Below, piece by piece: positions 1-9,189 of a stretch of 64,000 nucleotides of DNA. A program made the position numbers and the translations under genes. Position 1 is the stretch's first letter; every line of letters begins with the position of its first letter. Origin of the DNA: an uncultured Chloroflexia bacterium (GTDB taxonomy: Bacteria > Chloroflexota > Limnocylindria > QHBO01); contig CAWFCQ010000007.1 in NCBI GenBank assembly GCA_963814375.1, forward strand, positions 160,001 to 224,000. Direction: 5' to 3'. The notes beneath the pieces were generated by a model. The model was given only the letters and a program-made list of their open reading frames with translations. It made no database searches and was not told the DNA's origin.

Positions 1-389
1 CCGCCTCGTCCACCGTCGCGACGCTGCTGCCGGCGCCGGCAATGGTCCTCCGCGACCGAGTGCCTCCGGCGCGGGAGCTGCTCGACGCCGGCGCGCGGCT
101 CGCGTTGGCCAGCGACGCGAATGCCGGCACCTACGGCGGCTTCGGGACGATGCCGCTGATCGTCGGCCTCGGCGCGACGATGCTCTGGATGACCGTCACG
201 GAGGCGCTCGTCGCCGCCACGGCCGGTGGGGCATCGGCGTTGCGGCGCCCGGAACTTGGCCGCCTGGAGGTCGGCGCAGCAGCCGACCTGGTGGCGTGGG
301 AAGCCGAGCACGAAGGGGCGTTCGCCCTTCGGCTCGGCGCCGTGAAGCCGATCCGGGTCTGGATCGGCGGTGAGGAGGTCGCCCCCTAG
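1..389 (+). CDS. hutI: Imidazolonepropionase / amidohydrolase, C-terminal part (5' truncated by window)
   Basis: C-terminal amidohydrolase motifs: TLLP, ALASDAN, EAL.AAT.GGA.AL, GRLEVGAAADLVAW. Frame is open to the window start. Confidence 0.7.
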   Translation, partial: ASSTVATLLPAPAMVLRDRVPPARELLDAGARLALASDANAGTYGGFGTMPLIVGLGATMLWMTVTEALVAATAGGASALRRPELGRLEVGAAADLVAWEAEHEGAFALRLGAVKPIRVWIGGEEVAP

Positions 390-625
390 CTGCTCAACCG
401 CCCGCGCAGCGCCTCGAGCAGCTGCTCGGCGTGGCGCGCCTCGTCGTTGGCCAGGCTCTGGAAGAGCTGACGAACCTCGCCGTCGGCGTCCTCCTCGTAC
501 TTGGCATACGCCTCGATCGCCTCGCACTTGCTGGTGAGCGCCTGGAGCAGGTCGTAGGTCTGGTTGTCGACGGGCGAATGCACCTCACCGGTCGAGGTGT
601 AGTGATGGCTGGTCTGGACGGTCAT
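386..625 (-). CDS. Small ferritin-like / rubrerythrin-like helical protein (79 aa)
   Basis: ATG at 625 with AGGGGAG RBS. Sequence YDLLQALTSKCEAIEAYAKY..D....LF..LANDEARHAEQL contains an ExxH ferritin-like motif. Confidence 0.7.
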   Translation of the reverse strand: MTVQTSHHYTSTGEVHSPVDNQTYDLLQALTSKCEAIEAYAKYEEDADGEVRQLFQSLANDEARHAEQLLEALRGRLSS

Positions 626-711
626 GCGGAGATCTCCCCTGTTGGTTTCGGCGTGAGCCACCATCCATCGCAGGCTGCATGCCACCCGGAGTCCTCCCCT
701 AACATGCCGCC

Positions 712-2058
712 ATGGACCGATTCGACATCGTCGTCATCGGCGCGGGCGCGGCCGGCGAGGCTGCCGCTCACCTGGCTCGGGAGCGCGGCGCATCGGTGGC
801 GATCATCGACCGCGGCCTGTTCGGCGGCTCGTGCCCGTTCTGGGCCTGCATGCCGTCGAAGGCACTGGTCCACGCCGCGGCCGTCCACCACGCCGGCGGG
901 GACTACCCCTGGAAGCGGGCTTCCGATTTCCGCGACTACATGATCAACCGCGAGAAGATCGACGAGCCGGACGACTCCGGTCACGTCAAGAGCCTGGAGG
1001 GCGCCGGGGCGACCGTCATCCGCGGCTCGGCTTCCCTGGACGGACCGGGGCGCGTCCGCGTCGGCGATCGGCTCCTGGAAGCCGAGGCGGTGATCGTGGC
1101 GGTCGGTTCGGTGAGCCGCGTGCCGGACCTGCCCGGCCTGGCCGAGGCGCGTCCGTGGACGAACGTCGAGGGCACCGGCACCCGGGAGCTGCCCCGGTCG
1201 CTCGCCATCCTCGGCGCCGGGCCGACCGGCGTCGAGCTCTCGCAGGTCTACGCCCGCTACGGCGTCCCGGTGACGCTCGTTCATCCGCGCGACCAGGTCC
1301 ACGATCGCGAGCACCGGCGCTCGACTCGGCTGCTCGGCGAGGCCCTCGAGAACGACGGCGTGACCCTGCGCCTCTCGACGCGCGCCACGAGCGTCAGAGC
1401 CGGCGAGGGCGCCGACGGCGCGCACGTCATCGAGCTCAGCGAGCGTGATCCGATCGAGGCGCACCAGATCCTGCTCGCCATCGGGCGCGACCTCCCACTC
1501 GACGGGCTCGGCCTCGATACCGTCGGCGTGACGCCCTCGAAGGGGCGACTGGAGCCGGACGAGAAGCTGCGCATCGCCGATGGGGTCTACGCCGCGGGCG
1601 ACGTCGCGGGGCCGGAGCTCCACACCCATCTCGGCCACTACACCGGCGAGGCCGCCGCGCGCATCGCGCTCGGCGACGACTACACGCCGTTCCTCGATGC
1701 CATCCCGCGCGCCACCTACACCGATCCGGAGGTTGCCTCGGTCGGGCTCCTTCTCGACCAGGCGAAGGAGCGCGGCATCGACGCCGCCGAGTACAGCATC
1801 GACCTCGCCACCAGCTCGAAGGGCTACACGGCCGAGGCGAAGGGCCACGCAACGATCGTCGTCGACCGCGCCGAGAAGCGCCTGGTGGGAGCATTCATGG
1901 CCGGCCCCGCCGCCAGCGAGGGCATCCACGAGTGCGTCCTGGCCATCCGGGCCGGCATTCCCATCTCCACCCTCGCCGATACGATCCATGCCTTCCCGAC
2001 CTTCGCGCGCGTCCTGGGCACCGCCTTCGTCGAGGCCGATCGAGCGCTCTCGGCCTGA
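712..2058 (+). CDS. Pyridine nucleotide-disulfide oxidoreductase (dihydrolipoamide dehydrogenase / MerA-like class I)
   Basis: GAGAAG FAD motif, redox-active GGSCPFWACMPSK, GAGPTG NAD motif, C-terminal HAFPT. No MerA C-terminal CC pair. Confidence 0.9.
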   Translation: MDRFDIVVIGAGAAGEAAAHLARERGASVAIIDRGLFGGSCPFWACMPSKALVHAAAVHHAGGDYPWKRASDFRDYMINREKIDEPDDSGHVKSLEGAGATVIRGSASLDGPGRVRVGDRLLEAEAVIVAVGSVSRVPDLPGLAEARPWTNVEGTGTRELPRSLAILGAGPTGVELSQVYARYGVPVTLVHPRDQVHDREHRRSTRLLGEALENDGVTLRLSTRATSVRAGEGADGAHVIELSERDPIEAHQILLAIGRDLPLDGLGLDTVGVTPSKGRLEPDEKLRIADGVYAAGDVAGPELHTHLGHYTGEAAARIALGDDYTPFLDAIPRATYTDPEVASVGLLLDQAKERGIDAAEYSIDLATSSKGYTAEAKGHATIVVDRAEKRLVGAFMAGPAASEGIHECVLAIRAGIPISTLADTIHAFPTFARVLGTAFVEADRALSA

Positions 2059-2085
2059 GGGCCGCATCGGCGTAGGATCAGCCGT

Positions 2086-2637
2086 ATGAGCGACTTCGTC
2101 GGGGTCACGACCAGCGTCCTGCGCCGCACGCCTCAGCTGCTGCGCACGCTGCTCGTCGGCCTGCCGGAGGACTGGACCGACACGACCGACATACCGGAGA
2201 ACGGCTGGCGGCCGCATGACGTGGTCGGCCACCTCATCACCGGCGAGCTGACGGACTGGATCGAGCGCACCCAGCGCATCCTCGAGCACGGCACCGCGGT
2301 GCCATTCGACCGATTCGACCGGTTCGCGCACGAGGGCCGCGACGCCGATACCAGCCTCGATGCCCTCGTCGAGCACTTCGCGCGGCTGCGCGCCGAGAAC
2401 CTGGCGCGCCTGGACGAGCTGGTGACGGAGGAGGACCTGGACCGGCGCGGCATGCATCCGACCCTCGGCGAGGTGACGCTCCGCGAGCTGCTGGCCACGT
2501 GGGCGGTCCACGATCTCGACCACGTGTCACAGATCTTCGCCGGCATGGCCGGCAGCCACGACGCCGAGGTCGGCCCCTGGAAGGCGTATCTCGGCATCCT
2601 CCTGCGCCGGGAGGACCCCGCCGCCGTCGCAGGGTGA
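2086..2637 (+). CDS. DinB family protein
   Basis: W...DVVGHL and WAVHDLDH His motifs typical of the DinB/YfiT superfamily. Confidence 0.85.
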   Translation: MSDFVGVTTSVLRRTPQLLRTLLVGLPEDWTDTTDIPENGWRPHDVVGHLITGELTDWIERTQRILEHGTAVPFDRFDRFAHEGRDADTSLDALVEHFARLRAENLARLDELVTEEDLDRRGMHPTLGEVTLRELLATWAVHDLDHVSQIFAGMAGSHDAEVGPWKAYLGILLRREDPAAVAG

Positions 2638-3374
2638 CGCCCGAGAGCATCCTCCTTGCGGCGCTCTTCTTCGCCGCGGCGCTGCTCTACGCGAGCGTCG
2701 GTCACGCAGGAGCGTCCGCATACCTGGCGGCCATGGCGCTCGTCGGCGTCGCGCCAGAGACGATGCGGCCGACAGCCCTCGTTCTCAACCTCTTCGTGGC
2801 GACGATCGTGGTCGTCCGCTTCGCGATGGCCGGCCACCTTCCGTGGCGTCAGCTCGTACCGCTGGCGATCGGATCGGTGCCGATGGCATTCCTGGGCGGA
2901 AGCATCGCGCTGCCGGATGAGGTGTACCGCCCCCTGGTCGCCGCGGTGCTCCTCGTCGCCGCCTGGCGGCTGTTCACCGCACCGGTACCGGTCGATGACA
3001 CGGATCGCCCGGGCGTCCCATTCCTCGCCGGCGTCGTGGCAGGCGCCCTCATCGGCCTCCTTGCCGGCCTGACCGGAACCGGCGGCGGCATCTTCCTGAC
3101 CCCTCTCCTGGTCCTCGCCGGCTGGACGGGGACGCGCGATGCGGCCGGGCTCTCGGGGTCGTTCATCCTCGTGAACTCGATCTCCGGGTTAGCCGGGCTG
3201 ATGACCGGGGGTTTGGTCCTGCCGCCGGCCCTGCCGATCTGGGTGGGATCGGTGGTGGCCGGTGGGCTCATCGGCTCGTGGTTCGGCGCAGCCCGCTACA
3301 GCGTGCTGAGCCTCCGGCGGGCATTGGCGTTCGTCCTCGTGCTGGCGGCCGCCAAGCTCGTATTCCTGCCGTGA
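2634..3374 (+). CDS. Sulfite exporter TauE/SafE family membrane protein
   Basis: GTG at 2634 overlaps the upstream TGA. Multi-TM protein with YASVGHAGAS and GLTGTGGGIFLTP repeats. Confidence 0.85.
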   Translation: MTPESILLAALFFAAALLYASVGHAGASAYLAAMALVGVAPETMRPTALVLNLFVATIVVVRFAMAGHLPWRQLVPLAIGSVPMAFLGGSIALPDEVYRPLVAAVLLVAAWRLFTAPVPVDDTDRPGVPFLAGVVAGALIGLLAGLTGTGGGIFLTPLLVLAGWTGTRDAAGLSGSFILVNSISGLAGLMTGGLVLPPALPIWVGSVVAGGLIGSWFGAARYSVLSLRRALAFVLVLAAAKLVFLP

Positions 3375-3397
3375 CAGCGGGGGTAGGATGGGCGCCG

Positions 3398-4822
3398 ATG
3401 ACGGCCCCCCAGCAGCCCGCGTTGCACGGCAGCGACCGCCTCCGCCTCGTCGGCGCCGAGACCGAGGTGCCGCTCGTCACGGGCGGCACCCGTCGCTACG
3501 TCAACCTCGATTACGCCGCATCCGCGCCGGCGCTGGTCGCCGTCCACGACGCGGTGGAGGAGCTGCTCGGCTGGTACTCGAGCGTCCACCGCGGTGCCGG
3601 CTTCAAGTCGCGCGCCTCGACCGCCGCCTACGAGGGCGCCCGCGAGTCTATTCGGCGGTTCGTGAATGGCCGCGCCGACGACGCCGTGGTCATCACCCGC
3701 AACACGACCGACTCCATCAACCTCCTGGCCGGAACCCTTCCCGAGGGCACCCACGTCGTCGCCTTCGCCGGCGAGCACCACGCCAACCTTCTCCCCTGGC
3801 AGCGATGCGGCGTGCGCTACATGGGCGTGCCCCAGAGCCCGGCCGAGATGCTCGAGACGCTCGAGGCGACGCTGCGCGAGCTGCCGTCCTGCGAGGACCC
3901 GCACCTGGTTGCGACGACCGGCGCCAGCAACGTGACCGGCGAGATCTGGCCGCTGGGCGAGATGGCACGCATCGCCCACGACAACGGCGCCCGGCTGCTC
4001 GTCGATGCCGCACAGCTCGCTCCGCATTCGCCCATCGACATGCAGCGCGACGGCATCGACTTCCTGGCGCTATCCGGCCACAAGCTGTACGCCCCGTACG
4101 GCGCGGGCGCGCTCATCGGCGAGCGCGACTGGCTGATCGCCGGCGACCCGTTCCTGCGCGGCGGCGGCGCGGTCAAGCTCGTGACGGTCGACGAGACGGT
4201 GTGGGCCGATCTCCCCGATCGCCAGGAAGCTGGCTCACCGAACGTGATCGGAGCGGTCGCCCTGGGCGTCGCCTGCGACACGCTGGCCGAGGCCGGTATG
4301 GACCGCATCGCGGCCGAGGAAGCCGAGCTCCTGGCCTATGCTCGCGAGAAGCTCGCCACGATCGACGGATTCCGCCACTACCACGTCTGGCCGTCCGATC
4401 ACGCCCGCGTCGGCCTCCTCACCTTCAGCCTGGGCGAGGTCCCGTACGATCTCCTCGCCGCCTGCCTCTCGGCCGAGCACGGCATCGGCATCCGCCACGG
4501 CTGCTTCTGCGCCCACCCCCTCATGGTCCGTCTGCTCCGCGTCGACGACGGGGAGGTCGACCGCCTGCTCGACGAGACCCGCGCCGGCCACCACCTGCGC
4601 CTCCCGGGAGCCGCCCGCATGAGTCTCGGGCTCGGCTCGACCCGCGCGGACATCGACGCCCTCGCCGATGCGCTGCGCGCCATCGCCACCGAGGGGCCGC
4701 AGTGGACGTACCGCGTCGATCCCCGGACCGACGAGTACGAGCCCTACCCCGATCCTCGCCCGCTTCCGCCGCTGCCGATGCGCCTCGTTGACCACCCGCA
4801 TGGCCACGGGGAGTCGGCGTAG
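3398..4822 (+). CDS. Class V PLP-dependent aminotransferase / cysteine desulfurase-like (SufS/CsdA type)
   Basis: YVNLDYAAS, SVHRG, EHHAN, DAAQ, SGHKLYAP (PLP Lys), RHGCFCAHP (catalytic Cys). TAGGAT -10 lies 8 nt before ATG 3398. Confidence 0.9.
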   Translation: MTAPQQPALHGSDRLRLVGAETEVPLVTGGTRRYVNLDYAASAPALVAVHDAVEELLGWYSSVHRGAGFKSRASTAAYEGARESIRRFVNGRADDAVVITRNTTDSINLLAGTLPEGTHVVAFAGEHHANLLPWQRCGVRYMGVPQSPAEMLETLEATLRELPSCEDPHLVATTGASNVTGEIWPLGEMARIAHDNGARLLVDAAQLAPHSPIDMQRDGIDFLALSGHKLYAPYGAGALIGERDWLIAGDPFLRGGGAVKLVTVDETVWADLPDRQEAGSPNVIGAVALGVACDTLAEAGMDRIAAEEAELLAYAREKLATIDGFRHYHVWPSDHARVGLLTFSLGEVPYDLLAACLSAEHGIGIRHGCFCAHPLMVRLLRVDDGEVDRLLDETRAGHHLRLPGAARMSLGLGSTRADIDALADALRAIATEGPQWTYRVDPRTDEYEPYPDPRPLPPLPMRLVDHPHGHGESA

Positions 4823-4870
4823 GGGGTTGAGCGCGCACATGCGCCGCGTCACCGCTACCGTATCGGTCAC

Positions 4871-5527
4871 ATGAGGATCGGTGCGGCCTTGGGGAGCCAT
4901 CGGCCTGCGATCGCCTTCTGGGCGGTGGCTGCGCTCGCCCTGCTCGCCAGCCACGACGCGATCTTCCTCGTCCAGGTCGGTCCGGGCGAGGAGCTCGCGC
5001 GCCTGCTCCGAAGTGCGGGCCACGGCTACTGGGGACTGGCCAGCACCATCATCGGCGTCGCCGGCATTGGTGTCGGAATCGCCGCAGCCCTCCGCCTTCG
5101 GGCGTTGCGACGCCGGGCAGCCGGCCTGCCGGCGGCACCCATCGGATCGCGGGGCGTCAGGGACATCCTGCCGATCTGGGGCCGCCTGCTCGCCGTCGTT
5201 GCCGTCGGCTTCATGGTCCAGGAAAACGTCGAGCACTTCATCGCGCACGGCCACGTGATGGGACTCGCCGCATTGGCCGGCCCGGAGTATCCGCTCGCGA
5301 CGCCCGTCATCGGCCTCATCTCGTTGGCCGCTGCCATCGTCGTCGGGTTGTTCGTCCACCACGAACGGGCTCTGCTGGCATCGATCGAGGCGGCGCTGCG
5401 CGTCAGCCTCCGCCCGGTTCGGGCACTCGTCCGCGCTCCCGGCCAACTCCGCGTCCATCCGGCGACCGGCCTCGCCCAGCCGGGCGCCGGGCGCGCCCCT
5501 CCTCTCGTGCCGCTCAGGATCGGATAA
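4871..5527 (+). CDS. His-rich 4-TM membrane protein with C-terminal RAPP motif; putative ribosome-arrest leader of the copper operon
   Basis: Four hydrophobic segments; His motifs SHD, GHGYW, QENVEHFIAHGH; ends GRAPPLVPLRIG. First gene of a same-strand cluster with CopCD. Confidence 0.7.
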   Translation: MRIGAALGSHRPAIAFWAVAALALLASHDAIFLVQVGPGEELARLLRSAGHGYWGLASTIIGVAGIGVGIAAALRLRALRRRAAGLPAAPIGSRGVRDILPIWGRLLAVVAVGFMVQENVEHFIAHGHVMGLAALAGPEYPLATPVIGLISLAAAIVVGLFVHHERALLASIEAALRVSLRPVRALVRAPGQLRVHPATGLAQPGAGRAPPLVPLRIG

Positions 5528-5574
5528 CCAGAGCAAGCGGGCGCGGGACTCAGCCGCGACCCGGCACAGAGGAG
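5499..5574 (+). promoter_or_regulatory. RBS-sequestering stem: CTCCTCT(C)GTGCCG (5499-5512) pairs with CGGCACAGAGGAG (5562-5574)
   Basis: 13-bp complementarity with one bulged C, read directly from the sequence. The 3' arm contains the GAGGAG SD of the gene at 5585; the 5' arm is the PP-L-V-P codons of the RAPP leader. Confidence 0.7.
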
Positions 5575-5584
5575 TCATCAACCC

Positions 5585-6175
5585 ATGCACAGTCGCATCG
5601 GACGGGCTGCCGTCCTCTCCATGCTGCTCGTCGCCCTCGCCGGAATTGGCACGGCGAGCGCCCACGAGGAGCGCGAGGTCGGCGATCACACCTTCGTCGT
5701 CGGCATGCTCGACGAGCCGGTGTTCGCCGGCCAGAAGAGCGGCCTCGAGCTGCGGGTCTCGCACGAGGGCACTGAGCCGGTCGAGGGCCTCGAGGAAACC
5801 CTCCAGGCCGAGGTCACCTTCGGCGGCGAGACGCGCGAGCTCGAGATCTCGCCGATCTTCGGTGAGCCGGGCGCCTACCGCTCGGTCTTCTTCCCGACCG
5901 CCGCGGGACCGTATTCGTTCCGCATCTTTGGCGAGGTCGAGGGCGAGCCGTTCGACGAGACCTTCACTGCCGGACCGGACACCTTCGGGGAGGTCCAGGA
6001 CGCTGCCGGCGGGCAGTTCCCGGTCCAGTACCCGCCTACCGGTGACATCGTGAGCGACGCAGAGGCCGGTGCGGCAGCCGGAACGACCGCCACGATCGCC
6101 CTGGTCCTCGGCTCGGCCGGCCTCCTCGCGGGCGTCGCCGCACTCGGCCTCTCGCTGGCACGCCGGCGAAGCTGA
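5585..6175 (+). CDS. Secreted, C-terminally anchored protein with mature N-terminal His (putative copper-binding)
   Basis: Signal peptide ending ASA|HEER, beta-rich body, C-terminal TM plus RRRS. Its stop overlaps the copCD start. Confidence 0.7.
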   Translation: MHSRIGRAAVLSMLLVALAGIGTASAHEEREVGDHTFVVGMLDEPVFAGQKSGLELRVSHEGTEPVEGLEETLQAEVTFGGETRELEISPIFGEPGAYRSVFFPTAAGPYSFRIFGEVEGEPFDETFTAGPDTFGEVQDAAGGQFPVQYPPTGDIVSDAEAGAAAGTTATIALVLGSAGLLAGVAALGLSLARRRS

Positions 6176-8064
6176 TGCCCCGGCTCCGCCGCTGGCGCTG
6201 GGCCGCGGTCGGCGCCTTCGTCGCGTTGCTGGCGCTCCCGGCGGTGCCGGGTGGCGCGGGCAGCCGCGTGCTGGCTCATGCCCAGCTCGTGGCGAGCTCG
6301 CCGAGCCCGGGCACGATCCTCGAGGAGCCTCCCACCGAGCTGCGGCTCGTCTTCAGCGAGCCGCTCGAGTCCCAGGTCACTTCGCTCGACCTCGTCACGC
6401 AGGACGGGACCGAGCTGCTGGTACGCGCCGGCGAGATCGACCCCAACGATCCCTACGCCCTCGTTGCCACCGCCCCCGGCCTCGCCGACGGGGTGTACTC
6501 GGTCACGTGGCGCACCCTGTCGGCTGCCGACGGGCACACCATCGAGGGCTTCTTCACCTTCGGCGTGGGTGAGATCGAAGGAGGGCTGCCACCCGTCGGT
6601 CCTGGCTCGGCCCACGCCGAGACCGACGCGATCGGGGTCCTCGGGCGGTGGCTGACCTACATCGGGCTGCTCCTCGCCATCGGCCTCGCCGCCTTCCATC
6701 GGTTCGTTGTTCGAAATGGCCCGATGCCGGTCGCCCTCGTGCGCCTCATCGCGGCCGGGCTCGCCGTCTCGGCGGTGGCGACGCTGGCGACGGCGGTCGG
6801 ATCAGCCGTGGCAGCCGGCGCGGGCGTCGACTACCTGCTCGGCACGCGCAACGGCGCGCTCCAGCTCGCTCGCGCGGCCGTTGCCGCGCTCGGCGCCATC
6901 TCGCTCCTCGTCGCCCCGCGTCGCTTGACGGGCGCCCTCGCGGCGGCCACGGGACTCATCGGCGTCGTGCTGCTCGCCGCCGCCGGGCACGCGGCCGCGC
7001 TGCCGGGTCCGGTCCCGGTGATCAGCCAGGCCGTGCATGTGGTCGCGGCCGGCATCTGGATCGGCGGGCTGGCCGGGCTGCTGATGCTCCTGGTTGCACC
7101 GGCGGTGATCAGCGAGGAGGGGCGGATCGAGATGCGCAGCGTCGTGCCGCGCTTCTCGGCGCTGGCGCTGGGATCGATCGGCATGGTGGTGCTGACCGGC
7201 GCGTACGCCGCGTGGATGGAGATGGGTGCGCTCCTCGACGTCGGCACCGAGTACGGCCGCACACTGCTGATGAAGGCCGGCCTCGTCGCCGGCGCGCTCG
7301 CCCTCGGCAGCCTCAACTACTTCGACGGCGGCCGGATGCGGCCATGGCTCGACGGATTCCGCACACGGCTCTCGGTGGAGGTCATGGTCGCGGCAAGCGT
7401 GCTGCTGATGACCGCCGTGCTGGCCACGACGCCGCCGATCCACGCTGCCGGCGGTGTCGCCATCGAGCCGGTCCCGGATGCCTTCGGGAACGTGGCGCCG
7501 CAGATGGAGATGCACGTAGTGCCGGGCCGGCCCGGCGTGAACCGTGTCGTCGTCACCACGACCGACGCCCTTGCATCGGCTGCGGGGATGGAGCTCGGGT
7601 TGGATCGGCTCGATACCGGCACGAGCACACGCGTGCCGCTCGTCCTCGAGGGGACCCAGGGCATGGGCGGCATGGAGGGAATGGACCACGCCGACGCGGC
7701 CACCGCCGATGGCGACGACAGCGTCGACTGGGTCGCCGATGCCCTGATCCTGCCCGCCGGAAGCGACTGGAGCACCAGCGTCCGGATCCTCGCCACCGAT
7801 GGAAGCGAGCTGTCGCGCCAACGGTTCGACTTCGCGCTGGGGCCGGATGGAATCTCCGAAGGCGAGGTCCGGGACCTACTCAATCCGGCAACGCTCATTG
7901 CAATCGCCCTGGCTCTCGGAGGCGCGCTCGGCATCGGCCTTGGCCTGGGCGGCTTCATCATCCCGCGCTGCGAGGCGCTCGCGTCACGCGTTGCCCTGGT
8001 GGGCGGCGGCGTCACGGCCATGGTCCTCGGCTTGTTGATGGGCATCAACGGGCTGATCGCCTGA
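6175..8064 (+). CDS. copCD: Copper resistance/uptake CopC-CopD fusion protein
   Basis: AHAQLVASSP...FSEP...W.TLSAADGH CopC motif; CopD TMs (GHA, HVVAAGIWIGGL, RFS.LA, YGRTLLMK); Met/His patch MGGMEGMDH. Confidence 0.9.
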   Translation: MPRLRRWRWAAVGAFVALLALPAVPGGAGSRVLAHAQLVASSPSPGTILEEPPTELRLVFSEPLESQVTSLDLVTQDGTELLVRAGEIDPNDPYALVATAPGLADGVYSVTWRTLSAADGHTIEGFFTFGVGEIEGGLPPVGPGSAHAETDAIGVLGRWLTYIGLLLAIGLAAFHRFVVRNGPMPVALVRLIAAGLAVSAVATLATAVGSAVAAGAGVDYLLGTRNGALQLARAAVAALGAISLLVAPRRLTGALAAATGLIGVVLLAAAGHAAALPGPVPVISQAVHVVAAGIWIGGLAGLLMLLVAPAVISEEGRIEMRSVVPRFSALALGSIGMVVLTGAYAAWMEMGALLDVGTEYGRTLLMKAGLVAGALALGSLNYFDGGRMRPWLDGFRTRLSVEVMVAASVLLMTAVLATTPPIHAAGGVAIEPVPDAFGNVAPQMEMHVVPGRPGVNRVVVTTTDALASAAGMELGLDRLDTGTSTRVPLVLEGTQGMGGMEGMDHADAATADGDDSVDWVADALILPAGSDWSTSVRILATDGSELSRQRFDFALGPDGISEGEVRDLLNPATLIAIALALGGALGIGLGLGGFIIPRCEALASRVALVGGGVTAMVLGLLMGINGLIA

Positions 8065-8111
8065 GCGTGCCCACGTTGCGCCCGGGGCCGCAGACTGCGA
8101 CGATCAGGCCG

Positions 8112-9131
8112 ATGCCCGCTGACCTAACCGTGCTCGATACCTTGGGTCGGCCCATGCGCGACCTGCGCGTCAGCGTCACCGATCGGTGCAACTTCCGCTG
8201 CACGTACTGCATGCCGAAGGAGGCTTTCGGGCCGGATCATGCCTTCCTCGCGCGCGAGGAGACCCTCACCTTCGAGGAGATCTTCCGAATCGTCCGCGCC
8301 GCCGTCGGGCTCGGGGTCCGCAAGGTCCGCCTCACCGGTGGCGAGCCCCTCGTCCGCCGCGGTCTCGAGCAGCTTGTCGGTCTCCTCGCGCCGATCGAGG
8401 GAATCGAGGACCTCACGCTCACGACGAACGGCTCGCTCCTCGCGGCCCGCGCATCGGCCCTCGCGGCGGCGGGGCTCCAGCGGGTCACGGTGAGTCTCGA
8501 CGCGCTCGACGACGAGACGTTCATGGCCATGAACGACGTTGGCTTCGGCGTTGCCCGCGTGCTCGAGGCCATCGATGTGGCCCAGTCCGCCGGCCTCGGG
8601 CCGATCAAGGTCAACACGGTCGTCAGGCGCGGCGTGAACGAGCACGCGATCGTCGATCTCGCCGCTCATTTCCGCGGCCACGACACGACGGTGCGCTTCA
8701 TCGAGTACATGGATGTCGGGCACACGAATGGGTGGCGCCTCGACGAGGTCGTCCCCGCGGCCGAGATCGTGGCAACCATCGATGCTCGCTGGCCGCTCGA
8801 ACCGGTGGATCCCGGCTATCGCGGCGAGGTGGCGCAACGCTATCGGTACCGGGACGGAGCCGGCGAGATCGGCGTCGTCAGCAGCGTGACCCAGCCGTTC
8901 TGCGGCGATTGCACCCGCGCGCGGCTCTCCGCCGACGGCCACCTGTACACGTGTCTCTTCGCGACCGTCGGCCATGACCTGCGCACCCTGCTGCGCTCCG
9001 GCGCGGATGACGCGCAGCTGACCGAGGCGCTGCGGATCCTGTGGGCCGGCCGCTCGGATCGCTACTCGGAGCTCCGATCGCTCGAGACTATCGGACTTCC
9101 GAAGGTGGAGATGAGCTTCATCGGCGGCTGA
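8112..9131 (+). CDS. moaA: GTP 3',8-cyclase (radical SAM, molybdopterin biosynthesis)
   Basis: LRVSVTDRCNFRCTYCMP, FCGDCTRARL, C-terminal MSFIGG. Confidence 0.97.
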   Translation: MPADLTVLDTLGRPMRDLRVSVTDRCNFRCTYCMPKEAFGPDHAFLAREETLTFEEIFRIVRAAVGLGVRKVRLTGGEPLVRRGLEQLVGLLAPIEGIEDLTLTTNGSLLAARASALAAAGLQRVTVSLDALDDETFMAMNDVGFGVARVLEAIDVAQSAGLGPIKVNTVVRRGVNEHAIVDLAAHFRGHDTTVRFIEYMDVGHTNGWRLDEVVPAAEIVATIDARWPLEPVDPGYRGEVAQRYRYRDGAGEIGVVSSVTQPFCGDCTRARLSADGHLYTCLFATVGHDLRTLLRSGADDAQLTEALRILWAGRSDRYSELRSLETIGLPKVEMSFIGG

Positions 9132-9189
9132 GCTGGCCCGGGGCGTGCGGTAGGCCACACGTCAATTCCATCAAGGGAGAGCGAAGCTC

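Noticed and set aside
712-2058. Mercuric reductase MerA
   Set aside because: No C-terminal CC pair, no N-terminal HMA domain, and no mer genes nearby.
6648-8111. 827-aa N-terminally extended MoaA
   Set aside because: The extension is an off-frame overlap with copCD; MoaA homology starts at ATG 8112.
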